Assembly: GCA_963724765.1 (NCBI GenBank) | Contig: CAVRVY010000004.1 | Span: 1,056,001-1,120,000, forward strand | Origin: an uncultured delta proteobacterium | GTDB taxonomy: Bacteria; Desulfobacterota; Binatia; Binatales; Binataceae | Reading direction: 5' to 3' | Length of the DNA stretch: 64,000 nucleotides | Shown here: positions 31,929-42,502 of the stretch, in pieces | Position numbering within the stretch: the stretch's first letter is position 1 | Layout: every line of letters starts with the position of its first letter | The notes under the pieces: model-generated | Database searches by the model: none | Told to the model about the DNA's origin: nothing | What the model saw: only the letters and a program-made list of their open reading frames with translations | Translations under genes and position numbers: made by a program

Positions 31929-32493
31929 TAGCGTGGCAAACCAGCATTCCCTTGGCCAGCGCGATCGCCAGTCCGCTCACGCTGACCGTCGGCCCGGTTG
32001 CAGCGTTTAACATCCTCTGTCTACTGAGCCTACCGCTGGATGCCTGGTGCGCCTTTATTCTTGCCGCAACGTCACGAGACGTTACCTGGCTTCGCTACTC
32101 GGTGGCTACATATTCGGCTTTTCGGCCTTTACCCTGGGACACTTGACGTTCGGCGATCTACCTCTGCTAATCGTGTTTCCAGTTCCACTGGCGATATATT
32201 TTGCGGCGCGACGAATCGCAGACGAAATATCAGAACGTAAGTTCATCTGGCTGATTGCGTCGCTACTGCTGGCACAGTTCCTCCTTTCGCTCGAGATTTT
32301 CGCGACAATGACGATGTTTGGTGCGATCGCCTTGGGCCTGGGACTTATGTTGGCGAACGACAGCCAGATCAAGAAACGCACGTTGGCATTGCTCAAACCC
32401 CTGGCCAAAAGCTATGCGGCCACACTGATAGTGGTTGGAGTTGACCCGGTTTCGTGGACAGTGGCGGAGTGGGGAAAGTGAAGGAGAGCCACG

Positions 32494-32808
32494 ATGCCCA
32501 AGAGTCATGCACGGTATGCGCTGGAATACCGGCGCCGAATGGTGGAGCTGGCGCGGGCAGGGCGTAGTCCCGACGATCTCGCGAAGGAGTTCGAGCCGAC
32601 CGCCCAGTCGATTCGCAACTGGGTGGCGCAGGCGGAGCGCGATGCGGGCCGTCGTCTTGATGGGCTGACCAGCGACGAGCGGCAGGAGCTTACCCGGCTG
32701 CGGCGTGAGAACCGGGTGCTGCGCGAAGAGCGCGAGATACTATCAAAAGCCGCGGCCTGGTTCGCGACGGAGACCGGTTCGGTGCCGTCACGGCGTTCGA
32801 ATTCGTGA
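32494..32808 (+). CDS. IS3 family transposase OrfA
   Basis: HTH (LAKEFE..AQSIRNWV) and leucine zipper ELTRLRRENRVLREEREILSKAAAWFA; AAAAG candidate -1 frameshift site near 32745. Confidence 0.92.
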   Translation: MPKSHARYALEYRRRMVELARAGRSPDDLAKEFEPTAQSIRNWVAQAERDAGRRLDGLTSDERQELTRLRRENRVLREEREILSKAAAWFATETGSVPSRRSNS

Positions 32809-33689
32809 GCGCGAATCAGGCCATGTACCAGATTGCGACGATGTGCCGGGTGCTGGAGGTCTCCACCAGCGGATACTACGCGTGGTGCCAACGCTCGCCG
32901 TCCGCGCGCGCCCAGGCGGACGCGGAACTCACTTCACGGATGAACGCGATTCATGAGAGATCGTACGGGACCTACGGCGCACCGCGCATTCACGCCGAAC
33001 TTGAGGCTGAAGGCATTCAAGTGGGGCGCAAGCGGGTGGCGCGGCTAATGCGCGCGGCAGGCTTGGCCGGCGTGAGCCGGCGCAAGTGGATAACCACCAC
33101 GATGCGTGACCGCAATGCGCGTCCGGCGCCGGACCTGGTCGAGCGCAACTTCATGGCGCCAGGACCGAATCGGTTGTGGGTGGCTGACATCACCTATATC
33201 CCGACCTGGGCTGGTTTCCTGTATCTCGCGGTAGTGTTGGACGCCTTCAGCCGCCGGATCGTGGGCTGGGCGATGGCGACTCATCTGCGCACCGAGCTGG
33301 TGCTCGAAGCACTGAACATGGCGCTGGCGCAGCGGCGGCCCGCCGGGGTGATCCATCATTCCGACCAAGGCACACAGTACACGTCGATCGCCTTCGGGAT
33401 ACGTTGCCGGGAGGCCGGCGCGCGACCCTCGATGGGCTCGGTCGGTGATTGCTTCGACAATGCCATGTGCGAGAGCTTTTTCGCTACGCTCGAATGCGAG
33501 CTGCTCGACCGCCGCCGTTTCCACACCCAAGCCGAGGCGCGCATGGCGGTCTTCGAGTTCATCGAGGGCTGGTACAATCCCCATCGCCGCCACTCCGCCC
33601 TCGACTATCTGTCGCCAATCAACTACGAAAGGAGCCACGACCCAGAGGAGTCAACCGCAAGCCCTCCGCCGTCCACTGAACCGGGGTAA
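32805..33689 (+). CDS. IS3 family transposase OrfB (DDE integrase core)
   Basis: MCRVLEVSTSGYYAW, WVADITYI, HHSDQGTQY, DNAMCESFF; GTGA overlap with the orfA stop. Confidence 0.95.
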   Translation: MSANQAMYQIATMCRVLEVSTSGYYAWCQRSPSARAQADAELTSRMNAIHERSYGTYGAPRIHAELEAEGIQVGRKRVARLMRAAGLAGVSRRKWITTTMRDRNARPAPDLVERNFMAPGPNRLWVADITYIPTWAGFLYLAVVLDAFSRRIVGWAMATHLRTELVLEALNMALAQRRPAGVIHHSDQGTQYTSIAFGIRCREAGARPSMGSVGDCFDNAMCESFFATLECELLDRRRFHTQAEARMAVFEFIEGWYNPHRRHSALDYLSPINYERSHDPEESTASPPPSTEPG

Positions 33690-35256
33690 CTCCAGGTAAG
33701 CCCTTACCTGTACTATTTCTTCGAGTCTGGTTTTACCTCAAGGTCGGTTTGGCCTCCTTCTTTCTTCAACGCTGACTTGCTGAACTTCATCGTTCCTACT
33801 CAAGCCAATGAATTGGGCCGCATTTCTCTCTTGAAATCAGTTTCCGTATGGTTCCCAGGGGGGAGCATCGCTGAAAACGGTGCCTGTCTGAGCTTGCCGC
33901 TCGTAGTGATCGCGGTGTTATATGCGCGACGGCATTGGCGGGAACCTCTTGGCAAGGTATTGACGGAGTTGCTAATCATATTTTGCGTCTTGTCGCTGGG
34001 ACCGATCCTGCATGTGGCAGGTCGCGAGCTTCCCAAGCTATTTACCGTGGCGGTTGCTTATGCAACTGCCGGTCGTCAACGACATCGTCACCGTGCGTCT
34101 AGCAATGTATGCTTTCCTGGATCTTGCCATCATCACATCATTATGGCTTTCCACAACTGACCTGGGATTTTCTTTGAAGTTGGCGGTTGTCTTCTTGGTC
34201 ATCGCCGCTAATACGCCCAACCTGTCTTCGGCCTTTTGGAACCAATCTGTCGATACTCCGTCATTCTTTCGCACAAACCTCTTTCAGAAATACTTGTCCA
34301 AGGGCGAAACGATCCTTGTGCTTCCATATGGAGATAACGGCAACGCCATGCTGTGGCAGGCTCAGGCGAGGATGTTCTTCGCAATGACGGGCGGAATGGC
34401 CCCTCCGGTCGACTCAGATAACCAATATAGATGGCCGATTTTTCCCGCGTTCGTAAAGCGATCCTGGATTCCCAACGCGCCCCAACAATTGAAGGCATTC
34501 CTTATCGCTCACGGAGTGGAAGTGGTCATAATCGAGACTGGGATGCCGCAACATGGCAACGGCTCTTTACTGCCTTGGGTATAGCGCCAATTTAGGGTGG
34601 GCGGAGTCTGGCTTTACAGGCTCGGCACCGAAACTGCCGCCGACCCCGAGGCTGCCCTGCTCGATATGAGAACCCGATTCGATACCGAGCGCCTGTCCGC
34701 TCTTGTGCGAGCTGCAGAAAAGTATCTGTCAGCTGGAGGCGCGCTCTCGTCCTTGACCATGGTTAGCGCGCTCGACCAAAAGCTGTTGGCTCACGATGAA
34801 TTGATCGGCCCATCGGCGCGGTTTGATGCCACCCTAGCTGCACGTCCAGCAATGGTCGATCCTCGATTTGTCTATGGAACGTGGTTGTCTTCGTGGCCCG
34901 GCGATCGCGTGGCCGTAGGAGAGTACGTATGGGATCCCAAACCGCTGATAGCAAGATTTCGCGGTGTCGCTAGAGAGGTATACTTTCCTTTCCCCAACAG
35001 GATATCGTCAGACACGCCACTGCCCGACACGCAAGCATACGGATTTCTGATGATGATCTTCGATCGCGCTCAACTGGTCCAGGCGGCTGAGTTGCTCAAA
35101 CCGCCGACGCCAGTGAGAACGTCTCCGGGTGTGGCTTCGGCCGCACCCGCACCGCTTGTGACCCGATAACAGCGAACAGCCTGGCGAGCGCTTCCGCTCA
35201 AATAACTGGAAGATGCTCTTTGATCGCGAGCAAAGCCGGACAAAGTCCTGACCCGA

Positions 35257-36840
35257 TCAGCGGCCGGCAACGCTCGCCACCGCCACGTTCGGGTGCTGTT
35301 CAGGCTCAGGCGCTTGCTCCGGTTCAATGCGGCGCGGGACCATCCGCGAGCCCTGCTCGGCGCCGCTTTCTTCTTCGAGGTATTGCGCGTCCGAGTTGAC
35401 CCGCCACAGATCGTAGGAGGCGCCCATGATGTTGCGGGCGGCCATCAGCCCGGTCATCATCGCATGGTCCTGATTGTTGTACTTGTGCATGCCGTTGCGG
35501 CCGACCAACTGCAGATTGGGTATCTCGCGCTCGATGAATTCCCGGATCACGTCGACCGCGCGGCGATAGTCTCCGTCGTAGACCGGATATGCCGCGCGCT
35601 GGCGCACCACCGTTCCGTCGGTCACCTGCGCTTCCTTGGCCAGCCCCAGTTTCGCCAGCTCGTGCGTGCCCAGCGCGACCAGGTCCGCGTCGGGCGCGCT
35701 CCACATCGAATCCGAATCAAAGCAGAAGTATTCCAGGCCCAACACGGTATAACGCGGGTCCGGGACCATCCCCGGACTCCAGTTCTTGAAGTTCTGGATG
35801 CGGCCGACGCTGACGCCGGGTTCGTGGATATAGATCCAGTTGTCAGGGAAAAGCTCCGGTTCGTCGATGATGAGCGCGACGGTTATGAAGTCGCGATACC
35901 GCAGACTGCGAGCCGCCTCGGCGACCGCGAGCGGCGCCGGCGGATCGAGCGCGCCGATAAGCTCCCGTATCGGCATGGTCGAGATGAAGTGGCTGCCGCT
36001 GTAGGTATGCCGGCCGTCGGCGGCGGCCGTAGTGACCGAGCTCACGCCGCCTTGCCCGCGTTGAATCGCGACCACCGATTCACCCATTTTGAGCGCGGCG
36101 CCACGGCTCTGTACGGTCTTTGCCAACTCCTCCCACATCTCGCCGGGACCGTGCAGCGGATAACGGAAGCGATCGATCAAAGTCTTGATCACCTGGCCGT
36201 TGCGCTTACCCAGTCCCAAGGCGCGGCGAATCAGCACGCGCATCGAGAGATCCTTGATGCGCTGGGCCGCCCAGTCGGCGCTGATCTCACTGCACGGGAT
36301 ACCCCAAACCTTCTCGGTGTAGCTGCGAAAGAAGGTCTCGTAGAGCCGCCGCCCGAAAGCGTTGACCACCCAGTCCTCGAAGCTGCGAATATCGCGCTTG
36401 GGCCGAACCCGAGCCGCCATGTAACTCAACATGCAGCCGGCTGACTGGAACAGGCCGAGTTGGCTCAGCGCGTCCCAGGTCTCGAGCGGATATTTGAAAA
36501 AACGGCCCCGATAGTAGATGCGCGAGAGCCGCTCACGCTCCAGCATCCGGTCGCCCAGGATATCGCCCCATAGTTTTTCGATCTCGGCGTTCTTGGAGAA
36601 AAACCGGTGACCGCCAATATCGAAGCGAAATCCCTTGTAGCTGACCGTGCGAGCGATGCCGCCGACATGCTGCGGATCCTGTTCCACCACCACCACCGGC
36701 CGTCCGGCTGCTGAAAGCTCATGCGCCGCGGTGAGACCGGCGGGGCCTGCCCCGATGATGACAGTGGCGTCAGCGGCACCGAGGGCCGTCGATTCCGCGC
36801 GCGCGGACTCCGCCGCTCCCCTCTTCTTCTGTGCACTCAT
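35257..36840 (-). CDS. NAD(P)/FAD-dependent oxidoreductase (protoporphyrinogen oxidase/UDP-galactopyranose mutase-like)
   Basis: IIGAGPAGLTAA, FRFDIGGHRFFSK, YTEKVWG, FPDNWIYIH, GRNGMHKYNNQDHAM; a family usually found in surface glycan loci. Confidence 0.88.
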   Translation of the reverse strand: MSAQKKRGAAESARAESTALGAADATVIIGAGPAGLTAAHELSAAGRPVVVVEQDPQHVGGIARTVSYKGFRFDIGGHRFFSKNAEIEKLWGDILGDRMLERERLSRIYYRGRFFKYPLETWDALSQLGLFQSAGCMLSYMAARVRPKRDIRSFEDWVVNAFGRRLYETFFRSYTEKVWGIPCSEISADWAAQRIKDLSMRVLIRRALGLGKRNGQVIKTLIDRFRYPLHGPGEMWEELAKTVQSRGAALKMGESVVAIQRGQGGVSSVTTAAADGRHTYSGSHFISTMPIRELIGALDPPAPLAVAEAARSLRYRDFITVALIIDEPELFPDNWIYIHEPGVSVGRIQNFKNWSPGMVPDPRYTVLGLEYFCFDSDSMWSAPDADLVALGTHELAKLGLAKEAQVTDGTVVRQRAAYPVYDGDYRRAVDVIREFIEREIPNLQLVGRNGMHKYNNQDHAMMTGLMAARNIMGASYDLWRVNSDAQYLEEESGAEQGSRMVPRRIEPEQAPEPEQHPNVAVASVAGR

Positions 36841-37024
36841 ATTGTGTTCAGCTTAGCCCAAGACGCTGATACGATACAACACACGGTTTAACATGCTTAC
36901 GCACGGTTCAGCGGAGAGAACAAGCTTTCGGCGGTGATTGCGTAAGGAAGCCGGCGACAAGGGCCAGGCCGCGCTTCAGCGCTGACTCCAAACGCGCTAT
37001 GGGAATGACACAGGACCAGCGAGC

Positions 37025-38152
37025 GTGCGCAACATGCGAGTGATTGACGGAGACAGCCACTTTATCGAGCCGCTCGATCTGTTCGAGCGTTATATCGATC
37101 CGGCCTACCGCGACCGCACCGTCCGCGTCGATGTCGATTCCAGTGGCCGCGTCGCCGGCCTAATCGTCGACAACCGGCCGATGCGCATGGCCGACCTCGA
37201 CGAGCTGATGAGCGCCTGCGCCGGGTACGGGCAAAAGGAAGAGGGCCGCAGTATCAGCGACTTCGACCTCTACCGTATCGCGAGCCAAAAGTGGCAGGAC
37301 ATGGACCTGCGCATCGGCTACCTCGACCAGGAAGGCTTCGCCGTGCAGGTGCTCTATCCCACGATGGGACTCTTGTGGGAAAGCTCGGTCGAGGACGCAC
37401 AACTGGCCGACGCGCTCTGCCGCGCGTACAACACCTGGGCCTTCGAACTGGTGGCCGGCCACAAGGATCGATTGTTTCCGGCCGCGCATATCTCGATGCG
37501 CGACGCGGCGCTGGCCGTGCGCGAGATGGCGCGGGTCGCCAGGCTTGGATGCCGCACTGTCTTCGTCGGCGCGGCGCCGATCGGCGGGCGCAGCTTTGGC
37601 AACCCGGACTTCGATCCAATCTGGGCCGCGGCGCAGGAGCTCGACCTGGCCATCGGCATCCATCTCGTCGGCCATCCAAACTATACCGGCAGCCAGTGGT
37701 ACCGCACCGGCAATCCCGGCTTCATGTACATCACGATGATGAACGTGCAGGACCCGCGTATCGCGCTGACCTCGATGATGTACGACGGGGTGTTTGAGCG
37801 CTTCCCGCGCCTGCGCGTCGGCACGATCGAGTCGATGGCCGGATGGGTCGGCGAATGGCTCGAGCGGGTCGACTACCGTTACAAGTACCTCGGGCACACC
37901 TCGCGGATGAGGCATTCGGCGGCCGAGTATTTCGCGCGCAACATCTGGGTCAGCGCCAATCCTGAGGAGCGGATGTTCCCGCTGATAGTGGGCTTTGCCG
38001 GTGACGATCGCTTCTTCATCGGCTCGGACTACCCGCACGCCGAAGGCTTCGTGCATCCGGTGCGCGCCACGCGCGAACTGCTGGGCGCGTTGCCGGAGCG
38101 CTCGGTCGAAAAGATCCTGTGCGACAACACCGCCGCATTTTACCATATCTGA
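37025..38152 (+). CDS. amidohydrolase family 2 protein (paralog of 15516..16634)
   Basis: IDGDSHFIEP, CRAYNTWAFELVA, DDRFFIGSDYPHAEGFV. Confidence 0.9.
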   Translation: MRNMRVIDGDSHFIEPLDLFERYIDPAYRDRTVRVDVDSSGRVAGLIVDNRPMRMADLDELMSACAGYGQKEEGRSISDFDLYRIASQKWQDMDLRIGYLDQEGFAVQVLYPTMGLLWESSVEDAQLADALCRAYNTWAFELVAGHKDRLFPAAHISMRDAALAVREMARVARLGCRTVFVGAAPIGGRSFGNPDFDPIWAAAQELDLAIGIHLVGHPNYTGSQWYRTGNPGFMYITMMNVQDPRIALTSMMYDGVFERFPRLRVGTIESMAGWVGEWLERVDYRYKYLGHTSRMRHSAAEYFARNIWVSANPEERMFPLIVGFAGDDRFFIGSDYPHAEGFVHPVRATRELLGALPERSVEKILCDNTAAFYHI

Positions 38153-38185
38153 AGCGCCAGCCAGGCCCGGAGGAAAAAAGCCGTC

Positions 38186-39040
38186 ATGGCAACGAACGTT
38201 TCGGTATGCCTGTCGTTCGATTTCGACGCGATCTCGTTATGGCTCGGGAGCCTGAACGCGACTTCGCCCAGCGCAATCTCGCGCGGCGAGTTCGGCGCCG
38301 TCGCGACCGAGCGGCTGCTGGAAATGCTCGCGCGATGGGACATCAAATCGACCTGGTTCATTCCCGGCCACACCATCGATACCTATCCCGAACTGGTGCG
38401 CCGGGTGGCCGATGCGGGACATGAAATCGGCCATCACAACTACTGCCACGAAAATCCAATCTCGCTCTCGCTCGATCAGGAAAAGCGCGTGCTCGACCGC
38501 GGCACCGATACCATCCGGCGCGTCACAGGAAAGCCGCCGGAGGGATTTCGCTCGCCGGCCTGGGACTTGAGTCCGCACTCGCTCAGCCTGCTGCTCGAGC
38601 GCGGCTTCCTCTACGACAGCAGCCTGATGGGCAACGACTACACGCCCTACTACTGCCGCATCGGCGACGTTCCGGCCAAGGACGGCCCCTACGTCTTCGG
38701 GCGCGAGGTCGAGATGGTGGAGCTGCCGGTGACCTGGGGACTCGACGATTTCCCCGCTTTCGAGTGGCTCTACGGCGTGAACCAGGGGCTCGCGTCACCG
38801 TCGCAGGTTTACGAACGATGGGCTGGCGATTTCGACTACCTGTGTGAGTTCGTTGGCGAGGGCGTGTATTGTCTGACGATGCATCCGCAGGTCATCGGCC
38901 GCGGCCATCGTCTGCTGATGCTCAACCGGCTGGTGGAGCATATGAAGGCGCGTACCGGCGTGAGGTTCAGCACGATGGCCGACGTCGCGCGCGAGTGGAA
39001 ACGCAAACATCCGCTCAAGGATACGCGCACCTCGCGATGA
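38186..39040 (+). CDS. polysaccharide deacetylase family protein (CE4, PgdA/PuuE-like)
   Basis: LSFDFD, TWFIPG, GHEIGHHNYCHE, GFRSPAW, YDSSLM, TMHPQVIGR. Confidence 0.9.
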   Translation: MATNVSVCLSFDFDAISLWLGSLNATSPSAISRGEFGAVATERLLEMLARWDIKSTWFIPGHTIDTYPELVRRVADAGHEIGHHNYCHENPISLSLDQEKRVLDRGTDTIRRVTGKPPEGFRSPAWDLSPHSLSLLLERGFLYDSSLMGNDYTPYYCRIGDVPAKDGPYVFGREVEMVELPVTWGLDDFPAFEWLYGVNQGLASPSQVYERWAGDFDYLCEFVGEGVYCLTMHPQVIGRGHRLLMLNRLVEHMKARTGVRFSTMADVAREWKRKHPLKDTRTSR

Positions 39041-39058
39041 GTACGCATAGGAAATAAA

Positions 39059-39292
39059 ATGGGCGCGGCGATGCAGCTCTATGCCGGCTTCGCGTTGCTG
39101 GTGATCGCGATCGTGGCGATCATCGTGCTCGCGGCGCTCATCAGCAATCTGATAGGCGCGGTGCGGCGACGATTCGGGAGGACTCGACGAGTCGCAGGGA
39201 CTCGCGCACACGACGATTTCTCCAAGCCCGCGGCACCCTCGCGCCCCGCCGCACCCACATTACATTCGAAAGATCCGCCCGCCTCTCGCTGA
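39059..39292 (+). CDS. small hypothetical single-pass membrane protein
   Basis: Hydrophobic helix FALLVIAIVAIIVLAALI followed by RRRFGR; AGGA RBS; follows the deacetylase. Confidence 0.55.
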   Translation: MGAAMQLYAGFALLVIAIVAIIVLAALISNLIGAVRRRFGRTRRVAGTRAHDDFSKPAAPSRPAAPTLHSKDPPASR

Positions 39293-39557
39293 GCCGGCCC
39301 CCGGCGCGCGACAGCCGCCGCCTAGCTCGACAAGAGCAATCCGTCCTCGATGATTCTTTTTTCCGTGGCGGGAACAAATATGCGAGTGCAATGAGCGGCT
39401 ACGAGACTCATGGCGCGCAATTAAAACAAGTTATGCCTAATGAGGATGTTGTAAGCGTCGATGGAAATTATCGTCGTGCGCGGCCATTTAACGCAAAAAA
39501 TATTTGCGCTTGCAGGCAGGAACCGGGCAAACTTAGCCGCGGGGGGGCCCGCGTTCG

Positions 39558-41228
39558 ATGGACGAGGAGGTACGCTTCCGTCTGCTCTACGATCTCGGCT
39601 GCGCATTCGCCGCGCGAATCGAGATCGATCAACTGATCCCCTTGGTGGTGACCAAGTGCCGCGAAGCGCTGGACGCCGAGGGCGCTTCGGTCCTGCTGCT
39701 GGACGACGATCGCAAAGAGCTCTACTTCCCCTATAACTCCGAGGAAGACCCCGAGATCGCAGAGCGCCTCGTGCGTCTGCGCTTTTCGGCCGAGCTCGGA
39801 ATCGCCGCCGCCGCCTTGAAGAGCGGCAAGGCGCTGGTGGTCAACGACGCGCAGAACGATCCCCGCCTTTACCACGGGATCGACAAAATGACCGGACTGG
39901 TCACCCGCAACGTGCTTGCCGCGCCGCTGTCGACACGCCAGGGAACTATCGGCGTGGTCGAGGTGGTGAACGGGCGCGGCGCGGAGGGATTCACCGAGGG
40001 TGACCTGTCGTTCCTCGAGGCCATCTCGGGCAGCATCGCGATCGCGATCGAGAATGCGCGGCTCTATACCCAGGTGCGCGAGTCCGAGGCCAGCCTGCAA
40101 ACCCAGGTCGGGGCGTTGCGCCGCGACCTGGCCCGTCACGACGCCTTTACTGAAATCGTCGGCACCGGGCCGGCGATGGCGGAGGTGCTGCGGCTGATGG
40201 AGACCGCTGCCGCGTCGTCGATAACGGTGCTCATCCATGGCGAGACCGGCACCGGCAAGGAACTGGTCGCACGCGGACTGCATCGCGCCAGCGCGCGCAG
40301 CGACCATCCGTTTCTCGCGCTCAATTGCGCCGCGATGCCCGAGCCGCTGCTCGAGAGCGAACTCTTCGGCCATCGGCGCGGCGCGTTTACCGGCGCGATC
40401 CGCGACAACCCCGGACTGTTCCGTGCGGCCGCGGGCGGGGTGGTCTTTCTCGACGAGGTCGCCGACATGCCGTTGCCGATGCAGGCCAAGCTGCTGCGCG
40501 TGCTCGAGGAACAGGAAGTCGTGCCCTTGGGTGACAGCTTTCCGCGCAAGGTCGACGTGCGCGTATTGTCGGCGACCAACCGCGATCTCAGAGCGGAGGT
40601 GGCGGCCGGCAGGTTCCGCGAGGATTTGTACTATCGGCTCGCGGTTTTTCCGATTGCGTTGCCGCCGCTGCGGGACCGGCGCGAGGACATCCCGCTGTTG
40701 GCCACGCGCTTTCTCGCCATCGCAACCGAGCAGCAGCGCAAGCCCATCGCCGGTCTCGAACCGGCCGCTCTCGAGCTGCTGACGAAATACGGATGGCCCG
40801 GCAACGTACGTGAACTGCGCAACGAAATCGAGCGCGCGGTGGCGCTGGCGCGATCGAGCGCGAGCGTGGCGCCCGAGCATCTCTCCGCGCCCGTGCGCGC
40901 CCAGGGCGAACTCAACCATGGCGCGCCGACCAATCATGCGGAGCCCGGCCGCGCCAGTCGAGTCACCGCGGCAGCGGCGGCCGTCCAGGCGGCGGCCGCC
41001 CGGGCACCGGCTCGAAGCCAAGAGGCCAAGGGCCAGGAAGCCGAGGGCCAGGAACCTACGGGCGAGGACGCCAAGAGTCCGCTGCGCCGGGCGCGCGCGG
41101 CGTTCGAGACGAATTTCATCGCCAAGGTGCTCGACGAGCATCGAGGCAACGTGTCGCGCGCGGCCATCGCTCTGGGGCTCTCGCGCGCCTCGCTGCAGAA
41201 GAAAATGAAGGAGTACGGCTTGCGCTAA
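39558..41228 (+). CDS. GAF-domain sigma54-dependent transcriptional activator (NifA/FhlA-like)
   Basis: N-terminal GAF; [43 protein letters not shown]; C-terminal Fis HTH GNVSRAA..LG. Confidence 0.95.
   Translation: MDEEVRFRLLYDLGCAFAARIEIDQLIPLVVTKCREALDAEGASVLLLDDDRKELYFPYNSEEDPEIAERLVRLRFSAELGIAAAALKSGKALVVNDAQNDPRLYHGIDKMTGLVTRNVLAAPLSTRQGTIGVVEVVNGRGAEGFTEGDLSFLEAISGSIAIAIENARLYTQVRESEASLQTQVGALRRDLARHDAFTEIVGTGPAMAEVLRLMETAAASSITVLIHGETGTGKELVARGLHRASARSDHPFLALNCAAMPEPLLESELFGHRRGAFTGAIRDNPGLFRAAAGGVVFLDEVADMPLPMQAKLLRVLEEQEVVPLGDSFPRKVDVRVLSATNRDLRAEVAAGRFREDLYYRLAVFPIALPPLRDRREDIPLLATRFLAIATEQQRKPIAGLEPAALELLTKYGWPGNVRELRNEIERAVALARSSASVAPEHLSAPVRAQGELNHGAPTNHAEPGRASRVTAAAAAVQAAAARAPARSQEAKGQEAEGQEPTGEDAKSPLRRARAAFETNFIAKVLDEHRGNVSRAAIALGLSRASLQKKMKEYGLR
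41016..41075 (+). repeat. four degenerate 15-nt tandem units in the activator linker
   Basis: [20 protein letters not shown]. Confidence 0.7.
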
Positions 41229-41348
41229 GTTGGCAGTGCCAAGATTAGTGGCATGCGACGGACACAAATGTATCCAGTCGAGATCCTCTGGAGGACAAAT
41301 ATAACTGAGAGATCAAGGATTTAGGCGAATCGAATATTGATCGATAAA

Positions 41349-41364
41349 TGGCATTCGTTTTGCT
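41349..41364 (+). promoter_or_regulatory. sigma54 (-24/-12) promoter
   Basis: TGGCATTCGTTTTGCT = GG-N10-GC, about 130 nt upstream of the receiver gene. Confidence 0.7.
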
Positions 41365-41494
41365 GTTGGGATGGGAGGGACGTCGGTGACTGTGACAATC
41401 GAGGGGGGCTGGTTGGGCGGGGTGGCGACCGTTAAATTCCGACGTTCGGCGAGGCGCAAACTCCGTGCATAACGAAAAGGATCAGGGGGACCCC

Positions 41495-41989
41495 ATGGGC
41501 GTCGGCTCTTCAAATAGTGGCGGTGGGCGGGAGATTCGGGAACTGGAACGCGGCCAGTGGGTGGTCGAACTATGTCGTACCAAACAACCTCGACTGCGAG
41601 TGCTGGTGGTCGAGGATGAACCCGATGCGCAAACCTTGCTGAGATTCATCCTCGAGCCCAGGTACGAAGTCATCACCGCTTCCTCGGGCGAAGAAATGCG
41701 CCGTCAGCTCGAGGCTTATCCCGAGCGCCTGAGCCTGGTCCTGATGGACCTTAAGCTGGAGGGCGACGAAGATGGAGTGACGCTCACCCGGCATCTGCGC
41801 GGCGAAGACCGCTGGAAAGGCATCCCGATCGTCGCGCTTACCGCCTGCTCGACCGGCGATGACTTGCGCCGTGCGATCGAGGCCGGATGCGACGACTACG
41901 TGCCCAAGCCGTTCTACCGCAAGCAGCTCACGGCGCTGGTTGAACGCCTAATCGATAATTCTCAGCGCTGCGAGGATTCCGGCTCGTAG
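41495..41989 (+). CDS. single-domain response regulator (receiver)
   Basis: VLVVEDE, LVLMDLKL (phospho-Asp), IPIVALTA, GCDDYVPKPF. Confidence 0.9.
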   Translation: MGVGSSNSGGGREIRELERGQWVVELCRTKQPRLRVLVVEDEPDAQTLLRFILEPRYEVITASSGEEMRRQLEAYPERLSLVLMDLKLEGDEDGVTLTRHLRGEDRWKGIPIVALTACSTGDDLRRAIEAGCDDYVPKPFYRKQLTALVERLIDNSQRCEDSGS

Positions 41990-42088
41990 CAGACCTACAG
42001 GAACCTAACCGCCGACTCCCCTTCCCGCTGCAGCAAGGGGAGTGAAGAGGTTCTGGTTCCGTTCTCGTTTTTCTGCCGGGCATTTGTA

Positions 42089-42117
42089 GGGGCCGTTCCG
42101 TGAACGGCCCCCCTTTT
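42089..42117 (+). terminator. rho-independent terminator-like hairpin
   Basis: GGGGCCGTTC / CGT / GAACGGCCCC then CCTTTT, downstream of the receiver gene. Confidence 0.65.
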
Positions 42118-42165
42118 CATGCCGGGCGGACTTGATGGTGTTCTTCGTCTGATTGACTTGGACTC

Positions 42166-42298
42166 GACTCCCGCATTCGTGAGGGATGTCGACAAACACA
42201 AAAAATCGCTCTGCGTCGATTCTTCACTTCGGAAGCCTTCGTTCAGGACGACATCACAAAGGCTCCCTCTGTGTCATCCTGAGCGTCAGCCAAGGATC
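42166..42298. repeat. degenerate REP-like palindromic elements
   Basis: Inverted pair TCAGGACGACA (42243-42253) / TGTCATCCTGA (42272-42282) extending to ..GCGTCAGCCAAGGATC; also GACTCCCGCATTCGTGAGGGATGTC at 42166-42190. Confidence 0.5.
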
Positions 42299-42502
42299 CT
42301 CCGCGAAGCGATGGATCTTTTTTCCCGCATTTATCCAATCCGTACATAACGCCTGAACGTGACACTTGTACGTAACGCAGAAGTGAATTCCCGACCCCAA
42401 CATTTCGCGGGCGGGTGATTTCTGTTGGCGTTTGGACGGCCCGCCAATCCGGCGGACTTGAACGCGAGCGAGGGCTGTTCTAAAAGAGATCGACGCGGCG
42501 AT

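Larger units (their letters stand above)
32436..33694 (+). mobile_element. IS3-family insertion sequence, complete (1259 bp)
   Basis: 5'-TG...CA-3' ends; IRs TGGAGTTgaCCCGGTTtcGTGGAC / TGGAGTTacCCCGGTTcaGTGGAC; 3-bp target duplication GGT at 32433-32435 and 33695-33697. Confidence 0.93.
30487..35169 (+). pseudogene. polytopic membrane protein (GT-C glycosyltransferase/YfhO-like) disrupted by IS630, IS3 and several frameshifts
   Basis: Removing each IS with one target copy restores the frame: ..APTGFD-LA-WQTSIP.. and ..ATLIV-V-SPYLYYF..; D...MMWFL.WWPHA...GINPF and LGGYIFGFS motifs; further frame changes near 32061, 34040, 34541 and 34592. Confidence 0.8.
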
